The notes beneath the pieces are model-generated. The model did not search any database, was not told the DNA's origin, and was given only the letters and a program-made list of their open reading frames with translations. This document shows, one piece after another, positions 34,802-47,002 of a DNA stretch of 64,000 nucleotides (the first letter of the stretch is position 1; each line of letters begins with the position of its first letter). The stretch is from Phyllosticta citribraziliensis. Taxonomy: Eukaryota. The translations under genes and the position numbers were made by a program. Location: assembly GCF_038025025.1 (NCBI RefSeq), contig NW_027117343.1, forward strand, positions 1,054,001 through 1,118,000. Direction: 5' to 3'.

Positions 34802-36991
34802 GCGGCGGCAGGGAGCCACCCATGGAGAAGGAATGAAACAGTTTCAATTGAGGATAGTTCGAGGTAACGAGGAGGAGCCGGGGCAGGGTGACATGAGTTG
34901 GTCGGGGCGCGCGGGTTGTCTCACAGGCAGACAAGAATGAAGTCAGGAACAGGCTTCGCAGACGCACCATCCAGGGACGCAGAGAGGGAGAGGACAGGGA
35001 GAGCAAACGGCACCGCGGGCACGCCTCATGGAGCTGTTTTTAGGCGTGCGACGGGGCGTGGGCGCCTTCCGGAAGCAGAGGGGTGCAGGACGGGCAATTG
35101 CAGGCCTTGAGCCGCGACCTGACCTGATGCACTGGACGCACAACCAACCAACCAACCTGACTGCACCGCTCAGGTCGAGCGAATCCCTCAGGCCCCGTCT
35201 CGTATGACAGCCGCAGGGCGGCGCTCAGTGCATGTTTGCAGCATGACGGGCATGGTCGACCCAGCCACCAGGCCACGGGGGCATCGGCTCAGCACCGTGG
35301 CGCGTCACGATCGCCCAATTGCTCGATGCGCATGGCTGTCCTCCAGCCCATCTCGCATGCGCCTGATGAGATCTGTACCGCGCCGTGGGCCCGCTCCCAC
35401 GGAAGAGGGTCGTGATCGAAGGGCTCGAGGTTGCAGGCTCTACGCCACAAGCCTCGTGGCTCCAAAATTCCTGTAGCGCTGCGCAATCGTGGCAACGTGC
35501 CGTGCCATGCATCGACTATTCGGGTGCATCGCAGCCTCGAGGAGCAGACGTGTCGCCTCGAGTTCCGCACATTGGTCTTGTAGAATCTGAGTCCAATAGC
35601 GCAAGGGGGGAGCGCCTTTGGACAAACTCGGCCACGACCCTCTACGCAACTGACGAGAGGGCGGCCCGGAGCAGACGTATAAGACGGGCCATGAGGCCGG
35701 GCTGGAGGACCATCATCCCCTTCCACCATCTCTCCTCGACCTCGACCTCCTCCTGCTCCTTGCGCTAGCGGGAGCTTCGGCCATCGTACCTTAAGGTCGG
35801 TCCCGCGCTTCCGTCCCCAGCGCTAGCCGCATCGAACAAGGGTCCCGCTCTCTCTAAATCGACCGCAACATGGTTGTTGGGGAACCGGGTCTTTGGAAGC
35901 CTCGCACGCGAGGGTCTGTCCGCAAATCCCCCCCAGACAGATTGCTGACATTGGTTTTCGTCCCTTAGGAACATCCAGGGTTTGCGGCGAGCTGACGGCA
36001 CCCAAGACGCGTCCGGGATCCGCGAGACAAGCATACCCCTGCGGCTCGAGCAAAAGAACCGTGGTCGTGGGAAAGCCGATTTACCAGGCTCGCAAATCCC
36101 GCCCCTGTGCAACGTGAGACGGTCGATTTCTGCAAAGACCGACGTCACTTGCGCCTCGTGTTGCACGCAAAGGACAAGCGAGATCCTTTGGAAGCCACTC
36201 GCCCAATCTTCATCCGCGCACGGCCGGCTCCCAGGGCGCTGATATTGGTGGAATCGACTCGACAAGCTGCGGCACAATCCAGAAGAGTTGTGCGCGTGGG
36301 CCGTGGACCAGCAAAAGGTGAGCCCAAGACAATCTCGCTACGTTTCAAGCATGCATGTTCCCTGCTCCGTTCCCTGTCATCACCAGGCATGTTGCGACAT
36401 GTCTTGGAGGCATGCGGCGCACGCAAGGAGCCGCGTCTGGCTACCGGGTACGCCCTGGCCCAGGCAGGCCGTTTCAAGCTGCGTGCTTCCACCGTCTTCC
36501 AGATCCTGCATCGCGAGCCGTTGAATGGTCGTTCAAGCGCTTTGTCGATGATTCTTGCTGGCATGCGTGCCGTTGTGTATCGCGATCCGACCCCGGCACC
36601 CTGGCTTCCATCGGATGTCTGCTCGCGGACTGGGATCCATGGCGGCCCGGGCAGCAGCGCGTCGTCCCTGCTCTTTTTCTTCCTTTCTTTTTCGTCTCTG
36701 CCCTCTTCGCGCCGCCTTGATTTGAGGCTGTCGACCACGAGATGGCTCTTCTGCTGAGGCTGACGGCGGTACGCCTTGACATGTTGATATATCTTCTGGC
36801 TGCCGTCTTGGGCCAAAAGCTCATTTCACCGAGGCTGAGACGCACGAGCGTCGGTGCTTTTGTCTCCTTTTTTGGGCAGTTTTCTTTTCCCGGGCCGCCT
36901 TCCTCTCTTCCATCAAACACAACATGCAGTCGTTATTGGGCGCCGGCCTGTTCCCCGTGGCTAATTCCTTCTAGAAGCATTCCGTCGTCAG

Positions 36992-37768
36992 ATGCCCAGA
37001 GGTAGAGGGAGAAGAAGAAATATCAGCGACGCCAGTGCTTCCAGGGTCTCGACTAGATCAACCTCAAGACAAGGAACGAGCTCATTGACCTCTTCCTCCG
37101 CCCTTTTAAGACGGTCGAGCCGCATCGCAGAACGCTCATCATCCTCAGCAGCTCCAGAATCCTCCACCAACAACACTCCTCTCATCAACGGAACATCTCC
37201 AACAATGGCATACGTCGCTCGCCGCACGCAAACCAACGACAACCTCGGGGCCAGGGCCGTCGAGGACATGGACAGGCGGTCCCGGAGGATTCGACTCGAC
37301 AATCCTCGTGCCATACGCCAAAACTCAAACGGCCGGGCAGACGGCTACGATGCTTCTGGATTCGTCATGGACGTCATCGACCAACCTCCAAGCAGTGCAC
37401 GTCTGGGGCAGCCGCTCAGCACATTTCAAGTCCGCCTCCGCAGTCGTTCGCAATCTGCCGCGTCCATGCACGAGGGACATTTGGTTGCGTTCGTCAGTCT
37501 CATCGCTCGCGGATCCGACGGCTCGGATATCCCTGTGGCATCCGAGGTCTTGATGAGCGGGACTGGTGGGACTGGTCTTGCCAATTCAATCCAGCCAGCA
37601 GACGACGGCGACTCGCGAGACGTGGTCGGATACGCCTCTTTCTCAGGGCTCAAGATCATGCAAGAAGGCATGTACCGGATCCGGGTCAACTTGATCAAGG
37701 TGGACGGTGGCCAAGGCGAGGTCATGCAGATTGTGAACAGCCGGGCCATTGTCGTGGGCAGGAGCTGA
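36992..37768 (+). CDS. Divergent velvet-like domain protein (258 aa; alternative start 37205)
   Basis: C-terminal half reads FVMDVIDQPPSSARLGQPL..QVRL..LVAFVSL..GYASFSGLKIMQEGMYRIRVNL..VNSRAIVV, which follows the velvet-fold pattern (QP..R; FxFxDLxxRxEGxYRLxF; S.pf.V). N-terminus is basic and Ser-rich. Confidence 0.72.
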   Translation: MPRGRGRRRNISDASASRVSTRSTSRQGTSSLTSSSALLRRSSRIAERSSSSAAPESSTNNTPLINGTSPTMAYVARRTQTNDNLGARAVEDMDRRSRRIRLDNPRAIRQNSNGRADGYDASGFVMDVIDQPPSSARLGQPLSTFQVRLRSRSQSAASMHEGHLVAFVSLIARGSDGSDIPVASEVLMSGTGGTGLANSIQPADDGDSRDVVGYASFSGLKIMQEGMYRIRVNLIKVDGGQGEVMQIVNSRAIVVGRS

Positions 37769-40254
37769 AACAACCCTCTTCGTAAGTTTTCCTTTTGCAG
37801 CGGCCATTGTGGGTTGTAGTTAACACGGATGCAGAGTTTCCACCGTCTGTCTTTATTGGAGTTGCATTGGAGGTGCGGTCAGTTAGCAGTTTTTTTCGTA
37901 ATTGTGTAACGGAACGTGTTGTCTTTGGCGGCGGCATTGTATGAGTTCTGGACTCTGTATGGCATATTTCTTGGAGGCATACTTGGTTTGAAATTTTACA
38001 CGGCGGAAATCTGTCTTACCTTTTTTTCAAAAGCACAGATACCTTAGGGATAGAGCAGAGATACAATAGCATTGAGTTCCTTGCCGTCTTGTCTGCTTGC
38101 TCTGGCCGAGGACGTTGAACACGACGGGACTGACAGACTATTCGACGCGTTTGTTTGGCTCGATTGACGAGACAGTTGGTCATGGCTCTGCAGTACGAAG
38201 ACACCAACAGCTTGGATAGCCCCGACGTCCGAGAGGCAAGCTGGCAATGAAGATCAGGGACGGCGACTCGAGAGGTGCAACCCGGTTTCAGGACGGCGTC
38301 AGAGCTTGCATGTGTTGGGTCGCGGATGGACAGAGGCATGGAAATGGGTGACACGGTTCGGTGCCGTCGAGTCTGTTTGCCGCGGCGAGGCGAACGAATT
38401 TCTTTGGTAAGCAGGGAATCATCACGTGCTCAGATGAAGCTAGGCCTAAAGCGGTGGTATGCAACGAAGCCGGAATCATGACGGAGCAACTTACAGTCCT
38501 CCTGTGTCCCTGTGTTTATTAGTTTCTCAGCAATTTCAGGACTGACGCGTCACGGGCAAAGCTGCAACGGACCCGACAGACTTTGTTTGCATCGTTCATT
38601 TCTCTGACACTTCTGGCAGCAGTAGCGCCCATGGCTCTGGATAGCTACAGCTCAGCTATTGACGCTGGTTTCCCGACCGGGCATAAACTCGATCGAGTAC
38701 ATACATGGAGCGCAGGCGGAGTTGAGGCCGAGGAAAAGAAATCACTTGGTGCTTTTTTGACGCAGCCGCGGAGACTCGCAAGGCGGCTAACTCGCAGAAA
38801 TCAGCTGCGTAACCAGTCTGTGCGGGCCAATTTCTCAATGGGAGCACCGTACTTCGTATAGACTTTGGCAAGAGACCGAGTCGGTTTACCTAGGCCGAGT
38901 TTCTACAGGCGTGCCATGTGGTGGGAGCGGAATGCTTGTCATGGAAATGGTAAAAGGGCTTGTCAAGGCTGGGTGGAAGATAAGGATTCGTTGGACTTGT
39001 CTGGGGACCGATTCTCCACCGCTGCCTTGGCATGTGTCGGGACATCAGCGGCGTGTTGCGCGTCTCGTGGATTCGTGAATGCCGTGGCACTTCGGAGGGG
39101 CCAAAGGAGCGGAGCAGAGCAGAGAAGAAGCGGCCGAAGTGTTCCAGAAAGAGGCCAGCCGGCCGCACATGAAGCACAGGCCAAGGACGCACTCCCCCGC
39201 ATCTCCTGCCCTGGCTTCGGCTGGCACCACGAGGAACCACCGACAACCAACCAACCGCTGCCCGCACGCTGCCTGAGGTCACAACGTCTCGTCTCCTCCC
39301 CTCCCTGCGGCCCAAGGTTCAACTCTGCCTTTTCCGCCTCGTATGCTCGACGCCCCAATCTGTGCTGCACACCACCATACTCTGCCTTCGCCTTGGACTT
39401 CGCCTTCGCCAACGCTTGCGAAAATCAAGACGCCTTGTCAGGCGAGGCTTATCATGACAAGATGCCACGAGCTAAGAGATTTCCGCTCCGACCCTTATCA
39501 GCCGCCGACGACCCCAGCGAATCAACACTGGGCCCGCCGCTCGACAAGACCGGCCTTGGTCCTGGGGTCTGCGCTTGGCCCTCTTGGCTCTACTCTCTTC
39601 TGCTCAACGGGGCTGACCGCGAGCAATCTGTGTGGAGTGCAGACATGGAGAAAACCTTTCCTCAGCTGAGAGCTGTGCCACCGCCGCCGCCGTCTCCGCC
39701 GCCAAGCCCTTTGCTATCTGGCTGTCTCTCATTCTGCTCCATGCGTGCATCCTTCTGGGTCCTGGCCTGTTGAGGCGCGTCGTCTCAATACCGTTGTGGC
39801 AGGCACAATCAAGCGACAAGGCCGAGTGTATCCGCCACCACGCCGAATGCCTTGCCTTTTAGCATAAAAAGCTTTCTGTGCCGTAGCTCGACTCCGATGG
39901 TGTGCTTGTCGTCATTTCGCCCCGGTCCTTGCGCACTGCTGCTACTATACGTATACGCGAGTCGCCCGCCCCAGCGCGTCCGCCAGTAGACGTTTTTTGC
40001 TCCTTCGTTTCCAACCCTTCGTTGACCCTGGCATAACCAACGCTTGTTGACACTTATCCAAAGGTCGGCCAAGGAGACCCGTGGGCTGAGAAAGAAAACC
40101 TTGTTCGCGGTCACATCACGTCCGCTTCGAGTTAGCGGGGCTACCGCAAAGAGTAGGGCGACCTCGGCGACCTCTCACGACATCACGCGGGAAACCCCCC
40201 TTTGCTTGGAGTCATATTAGAGAGACCATTGCAAAAGCAGAGAAAGAGCGTGGG

Positions 40255-40260
40255 TATAAA
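40255..40260 (+). promoter_or_regulatory. TATA box of the amino acid permease gene
   Basis: TATAAA about 60 nt upstream of the ATG at 40315. Confidence 0.5.
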
Positions 40261-40314
40261 AGAAAAAAGTGCTTTTGGCGTTGGGAGCTCCCATCTTCAA
40301 CACTTCCACACACC

Positions 40315-42235
40315 ATGGCTATCTGGTCGACGGACCGGTCCGCGTCCGCGGGCGAAAAGGACCCTGAGGCAATGACTACGGCCCACGACTCGATGAGCGG
40401 CAAGGGAGAGTACGACACGACGCAATATGCAGCGCCTGATGACCATGCCGTCGTGGGTGACGCGCAGCCCAAGGATAAACTGCAGCGCGGTCTCCAGGCT
40501 CGGCACATCACCATGATTGCCATCGGTGGTGCTCTTGGTAAGCCAATTCTCTCTGACCGACCTTCTCTTTGGCGGTTCTCGATCTTTTGTGAATTGGAAC
40601 ATCCCATGACTGACCACTAGTATAGGCACTGGCTTGATTGTCGGAACGGGAAAAGCACTTGCACAAGCCGGACCCGGATCAATCTTCATCGGATACACGT
40701 TCGTCGGACTGCTCGTCTTCAGCGTCATGGCAGCGCTGGGCGAGATGGCCTCGTGGCTGCCGCTCGCCAGCGGCTTCTCGGGCTACGCAACGCGCTTCGT
40801 GGATCCAGCTCTCGGCACCGCTCTCGGGTACACGTATTGGTTCAAGTACCTCATCACGACGCCAAACCAACTGACAGCCGCGGCACTGGTCATCCAGTAC
40901 TGGGTGCCAGCTGAAAAAATCAACCCCGGAGTCTGGATCACCGTGTTCTTGGTTCTCATTCTGGGCATCAATTACTTTGGCATCAAATTCTTTGGCGAGT
41001 TTGAGTTCTGGCTGAGCAGTCTCAAAGTTGTTGTCATTGTGGGATTGATCCTGCTCTCTTTGATCCTGGCGCTGGGTGGAGGGCCGACAGGCGACCGTCC
41101 AGGCTTCAGGTACTGGAAGAACCCTGGAGCTTTCAAACCATACATCGCCGGTGAGTCTTTTATCCTTTTGGACTCTGGGAGCGCACGACTGACAATAAAC
41201 AGAGGGCGCCGAAGGCAAATTCCTCGGCTTCTGGAACTCTCTCATCAACGCCGTCTTCGCGTACCTGGGAACGGAGCTTGTCGGCGTGACGGTTGGCGAA
41301 GGTATGAGCATCCCATGAGGCAATGGATGGACATGAACTGATGACTCGCAGCTCAAAACCCTCGACGCGTCATCCCCAAAGCCATCAAGCTGACCTTCTA
41401 CCGAATCCTCTTCTTCTACTGCCTCTCGGTGCTCTTCCTGGGCATGATCGTGCCTTACGACAGCGAGGAGCTCGCCTTTGCGACGACCAAGTCCAACAGC
41501 GCGGCCGCATCGCCCTTCGTCGTCGCCATCCGGCTGGCCAAGATCGACGCCCTCCCCGGCATCATCAACGCGTGCATCCTGCTCTTCGTCTTCAGCGCCA
41601 GCAACTCGGACCTGTACATCGCGTCGCGGACCATCTACGGGCTGGCATCGCAGGGCAAGGCGCCGCGGATCCTAGCGCGCACCGACTCGCGCGGCGTGCC
41701 CATCTACTCGCTCGCGCTGTCGGCATGCTTCTGCCTGCTGGCGTACATGAACGTGGCCGACGACGCCAAGACGGTCTTCTCGTACTTTGTCAACCTGGTC
41801 ACCATCTTCGGGCTGCTGACGTGGATCTCGATCCTGGTGACGCACATCTACTTCATCCGCGCGCGCAAGGCGCAGGGCGTCGACCCGGCGTCGCTGGCCT
41901 ACGTCGCCCCGCTCGGCGCCGCCGGCTCCTACGTCGCCCTCTTCTTCTGCATCCTCATCGCCATCACGAAGAACTTTTCCGTCTTCACCGGCGGCTCGTT
42001 CGACTACAAGAACTTCATCACCGGATACCTGGGCATCCCGCTGTACCTCATCCTCATCTTTGGCGCCAAGTGGTGGAGCAAGACCGAGGGCGTCCGCCCC
42101 GAGACGGCCGATTTGTGGAGTGGCAAGGATGAGATTGATCGCGAGGAGCAGGAGTTTTTGGAGAAGGAGCGCGAGCACAGGAAGGCGAATAACGGCGGCA
42201 GCTTTTATGAGCGCTTTGTGGCATGGTTGTTCTAG
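40315..42235 (+). CDS. DIP5: Amino acid permease (APC/YAT family), dicarboxylic amino acid permease DIP5-like, ~576 aa
   Basis: Exons 40315-40537, 40626-41150, 41203-41301, 41352-42235. Motifs [86 protein letters not shown]. Confidence 0.93.
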
Positions 42236-42519
42236 AGTGCCTGGGGAATGGGGGGGTAGACAAGGGGTCAGGGGCAGGTGTGGGATCTGGACTCGTCAAT
42301 GTTCCTCCGCGCCTCGCTGCCTTGGTTTTCCATAGCATGGCTGGTGGATACTGCATGCCTCCCTCATTGTGCGTAGTAATCAAAAAGATATCGAACACAT
42401 TAGACAAAAATACCAACAGCTCAACACGCAGCGCTCAGAACCTTTCATTCAATATCTACCTGCACCCAATCTCTACCTCATACCTACAACCCGTCTCCCT
42501 ACTCATGTCACCATCGTCA

Positions 42520-44116
42520 TCACAAATGCGCCGTCCCAAGCTTCTGCTCCTGCCTCGCATGGTTGCCAATGGCGCCCAAGGCCTCGGCCTCGTGGACCGT
42601 CGGCAGCGCGCGCGCCGCCTGGATGCGTTCGTCGGTGACGAGGTAGCTGCGCGGCAGCCCGACGTCGTGGACGACCTTGTCGCGCGCGGCGGCGGGCGAG
42701 AGGCCGGCCTCTTCGGCCAGCAGGAGGTCGACGACGGCTTTGCCGCACAGCGTGCCGTTCGGCATGCCGTGGCCTGGCGCAAGTGTGAGTGAGCCGAACT
42801 AGATAGAAGGGGGGTGGAGGGAGACAGGGGGTTTAGCTTACCAGTGTACCCGGCCGAGATGTAGGCGGCTTGCAACCCGGGGACTTTGCCAACCCACGGC
42901 ACGTTGTCCCTCGAGTACCCCATGATGCCCGTCCACTGGTGCGTGGCCGTCAGCTCGTCGAGGCCGTCCGTCTCGCCGCCGAGGTCGGTGCTCTCGAGCA
43001 GCTTGCGCCGCAGCCAGGCGGCCATGCCCTCGTCGATGGCGCTGTCGTCCCACACGCCAATGTAGTCGTGCTTGCCGCCGCCCTCGCCGCCGCCGAACAT
43101 GTAGTGCCCGGCCGGGTTGGGCACGCCCTCGTACGGCCGCTGGTTGAGGTAGTCGTCGTTGTGGGACGGCTGCCCGGGCTGGCCGCACAGCCCGTACGAG
43201 TTGGGCAGACGCGGCGCGCCCTTGGGGGGCAGCAGCGCCGACATCTCGCCCCGGACCGGCACGATCAGGTCGGCAAACGGCGACAGGATGTGCGACGAGT
43301 AGCCGTTGGTGGCGACGATGAGCTTCTTCGCGCGGATCAGGCCGCGCGACGTGTGCACGGCGTTGGGATACGCGCTGCTGCCTGCCGCCGCGTCGTCGAA
43401 CGAGATGCGGTGGACGGGCGTGTTGGTCTGCAAATTGAGCTTGCCGTCCTTGACGAGCTTCTCCAGAATGAACGTGACGAGCTTGTACGGCCAGAGGCTG
43501 GCGGCCGAAAACGTCAGCGTCGCGCCGACGGCCTTGGGGATGCGGATCTTGGCCAGCTCGTCCTTGTCCGTGACGATCTCGACCAGCTTGCCCAGCTCCG
43601 GCGCCTTCGCCTTCAGCGCCTGCACTTCGTCACGCGCGACCTCGAAGGACGCGGCGTCGAAGTAGGCGCGCGTGCCCGCCAGGCTGCGCCATTCGCATTG
43701 CACGCCGTTGGCTTCAATGTACGACTTGACGGCGTTGTAGTTGAGGACCTCGAATTTGGTCACGTCGACGTCGCGCGCGACGGGCAGCACCTGGCAGTGG
43801 CCTGGCAGGGCGTCAGCAAGTGCAGGACAGATTGGTACGCTAGCATACCTCCATTGCGGCCAGTGGCTCCCCAGCAGGCCTCTCTGGCCTCGAGCAAGAC
43901 GACGCTGCGGCCCTTGGCGCGGTCGTCTTCGGCGAGGAAGCGGGCGGCCGACGTGCCCGTGATGCCGCTACCTACAATGACCACGTCGGCTTCGGCGGGC
44001 AGCTCGTCGGTGGTGCGGTGGCCCAGGAGGAATTGGTTTGGTTCGCTGTGCCAAAAGGACGAGGTCGAGTTGGGGACGGGTAGCCCCGCAGGCCTGTGCG
44101 AGTCGGTCGAGGCCAT
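42520..44116 (-). CDS. FAD-dependent oxidoreductase (DAO superfamily, PuuB-like) ending in PTS1-like AHL, ~493 aa
   Basis: Exons 44116-43849, 43801-42842, 42773-42520. Motifs DVVIVGSGITG, LEAREACWGATGRNGGH, VATNGY, PVRGEM, WTGIMGYSRD, AGYTGHGMP. Confidence 0.93.
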
Positions 44117-44945
44117 GATGGTGGTGGGGCAGAGCAGAGTAGTGCGAGGGAGCTTGGGCGCGACTATTGGGAGGGACCCTACGAAATTGCTAGGAAGCCG
44201 TGCTCAGGAGAAGGCTCGACGATTGCCGTGTCAGAGGGCGAAGGGCGGTTATGCTCTTGTTGAGCTCGCGTGGTGGGCGATTAATGGGGAACGGTATCTG
44301 GCCATGGTTGCATCAACGTCGGTGATGAGGAAATGGGTCCGCTTCCTGTCGTCAGTCGGTTCGGGGCGATAGGGCGGGGACCGCATCTCGTCGGACGTCT
44401 TCGGTCGGCTGGTCGGCAGCCCCGGTGGTGAAGAATTGGCCAACCGATCGTCCAATTTTGGTGGGACTGGACTGACGACAAAAATACTACAAGCTGCGAG
44501 TGTGCTGAGTCTGTGTCGAGACTGGACAATGCATTAAAAGTGCGCAATTTCGACAGAGCACGCGAGCGGCGACAGTGCACAGGGCAGAAATTCCAACAAT
44601 CTAATTTTCGAGGCGCGAGGCTAGAGACTACTGGTACATGAAACTGGAAATGGGGTATAATGTGCTCCAACTGCTAGACGATGGCAAATACAATTTCCGT
44701 CGCCTCCAAAAAAAGGCTTGCGTGATTCCCCTCGAAAAAGCGAGGCCTGGTCTACAGGCCGTCTCTGCGTCGCGACCAATCTTTGAGAGGTGGTATCGTT
44801 TGGATCATTATGCATCGACTCTCATCGTTCCAGACCCCGGCTGGTGTATATTGAAGTTTGGTGCGAGGATGCAATCCTCGGTTTCAAGGCAGCAATCCGG
44901 CACCGCCATGGTTTGCAATTGAAAAAATCCCAAGGCTGTGAATGG

Positions 44946-45395
44946 CTACTCTCGCTTCTCGCGGAGATAATGGTAGGCGTCTTTGACCGTGTCGGTGACG
45001 CTGAAGCCGCCAAAGAGCCACTCGTTGGAGTGACGGCCAGAGTAGAAGCTGCTGGTGGTGCTGTGGCGCTTGTAGGCGGTGGATGTTGATGAAGCAGTGG
45101 TTTCGCGGCTGAGGGTAGATGACATGCGCTGGACGCGCGGCCGGGGTGGGCTTTGCGAGTCGTCCTTTGGCATCGAGGTAGGAGGGAGGACGGCGGTGGA
45201 TTGGTCGTCGTTGTTTTTCCTCGACCTGCTCCGCGAGCGAGAGCGAATCTTTTCCTTGAGGGCACCGAAGAAGTTGGACTCGGCAGAAGGAGTTGAGCGC
45301 TGAGATTTGTTGTTGATGCAGCGGGTTTGTGAGGTTGCGTCGAGTGACATGGGTCCGGTAGAGGTGGAGGATTGAGAAAAGGTGCGGGAGGTCAT
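44946..45395 (-). CDS. Small Ser/Arg-rich hypothetical protein (149 aa) with C-terminal GRHSNEWLFGGFSV motif
   Basis: ATG in accATG context at 45395, RSRSRSR tract, and a tail YSGRHSNEWLFGGFSVTDTVK that I recognise from other filamentous-fungal small proteins. Confidence 0.72.
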   Translation of the reverse strand: MTSRTFSQSSTSTGPMSLDATSQTRCINNKSQRSTPSAESNFFGALKEKIRSRSRSRSRKNNDDQSTAVLPPTSMPKDDSQSPPRPRVQRMSSTLSRETTASSTSTAYKRHSTTSSFYSGRHSNEWLFGGFSVTDTVKDAYHYLREKRE

Positions 45396-45541
45396 GGTGG
45401 AGTTGTTGTTGGTGTTGTTCGAAGGCTGGAGGTGATGGCAGTTTGGTTTGAGCGGAGGAGTGAGATGATGAGAGGAAGCAGACGAAGAGACTGGAGCACT
45501 GGAAGTTAAATAAAAGAAGCCGTGGTGGGAAGAAGACCTGA

Positions 45542-45630
45542 TGGCATTGGCATTGGCATTGGCATTGGCGGTCGCTGGGTTGCAGGGTCTTGCCGGATTG
45601 GGCCGATTAGGGTTCGAGTTCGAGTTCGAG
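45542..45630. repeat. (TGGCAT)4 and (GTTCGA)3 hexamer microsatellites
   Basis: Read directly at about 45542-45569 and 45612-45630. Confidence 0.85.
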
Positions 45631-46914
45631 GGGTCGCCGGCCCGGACGCCTCCCTCCAGCTGCCAGGGCTGAAGCACGGGCCCTCCCGCCGCGCACACCG
45701 GTGAGGGGGTCCGTGCTCACGGCCAGTTTGCGACGCCGAGTGCCTGAGAGACTGAGACTCAACACCATCGCATTCTCGACTGCTCTCTTCTCGCTTCATC
45801 GTCGATTCCTCTGGCCTCGACCGCTCCAGTCCGGCACTCTCGCCAGCGCCCTCACCCTTCCAACTTCGATCCCGCCCGCGTCCTCTGCCGTCCGACGAAC
45901 ACTCGCCATGTGCCGACCCTGACCCTGACCCTGGCCCTGGTTGCCTTAGGCTGCCGTCGCCGGTCGACAGACTCGTCCAAACACCACTGGCCACGGCATC
46001 GAGTCGACAGCTGGCACACGCTCTGCTTGCTTGCTCACGGCACCTCTGCAGCCTCCATCTCGTGCTCTCGCCGCTGACTCTTGACATCAAGCGAATCACA
46101 CTGACGCCATACTGCTTTTGGCTCCCGCTATCTCTCTCCCCTCGCATCATGACGCCGACCTGCCGTCCGTCTGGCCGCGGCCATCGCCTTCCGATTCCCT
46201 CTTGACTGCGGAGCCGCTCAAATCTTCTCCAACTCGCTCCCGAAAGACTGCTCGAGATTCCGCCCTTGACGTGCCGTGCCAAGTCCTCGCCTGCTCGACC
46301 ATCCCGCTGCGTTTCGTCGCCGACAATTCGACCTCCGTCCACCATCTCGCCCCCTCAGGCCCCGTTTCATCGTGGCACTCGTAGCATTTGGTGTGCATCC
46401 TCCGGTACCGTCCTGTCCGCCCCTACTCGGGAAAGGTGGGAGCTATCGCAGATGGCTGCTCCCTACCTTATATATCAACCTCCTCCCACTCCCCTCCTGC
46501 CCCTCGCGGACTGGCGTCCCGTCGGCCCAGAGCAAATCGTCTCCTTTTATCCAAGTCGTTATTATTGGAGGAATGATCAGTGCTCGCTTGCGGCGATCAA
46601 ACGCCATGATGGAGCCGAATCGAGTCCCGTTGGGTGATATTTGCCGAACTTTTACAGAGCGTGGCGCGTCGGTGCGTGTTTCAACCTGCTTCTTTGGGCA
46701 AACGAGCCTTGCTCTCCTGCCTGCTCCAGCTAAACCACCTTGTATCACGGCCTTTGAATCGCTTCAACATCACCGTCCCTCTTCTTTATTGGCTGCTGTT
46801 CTACAAGTTTTTCCGCTTCAGACCACGCTCCGCCCGCCTTCGCTAAACAACTGCCGCCTCTGCGTTTATGCGCAACTCGTACCTGTTACAGAAGCTCTCC
46901 ACAGTCCAGCAGAA

Positions 46915-46920
46915 TATATA
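46915..46920 (+). promoter_or_regulatory. TATA-like box of the xylanase gene
   Basis: TATATA about 85 nt upstream of the ATG at 47003, followed by a CT-rich leader. Confidence 0.4.
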
Positions 46921-47002
46921 GAGATCTCTGCGCGCAGAAATGTCACTTCTCTCCAAACAAGCCCTACGTCTTTCGTTCATTCCACCTTGATTCACCCTGA
47001 AA

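Noticed and set aside
38865..39773. 302-aa ORF upstream of the permease
   Set aside because: Non-ATG start, no codon bias or motif, composition typical of random GC-rich DNA.
40073..40140. CTGAGA as a possible TPP riboswitch upstream of the permease
   Set aside because: Lacks the downstream ATACC, CCTGAT and TAAT..AGCG elements.
42456..42841. Alternative C-terminus of the FAD oxidoreductase by intron read-through
   Set aside because: Loses the conserved GHGMP motif and AHL; the canonical 68-nt intron restores both.
42870..44372. 500-aa plus-strand ORF (and similar ones at 10067-10861, 7616-8422, 32491-33480)
   Set aside because: Antisense shadows of strongly biased real genes.
45605..45635. 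GGTTCGA T-loop-like motif suggesting a tRNA
   Set aside because: Part of a (GTTCGA)n repeat with no cloverleaf; no tRNA or 5S gene recognised in the window.
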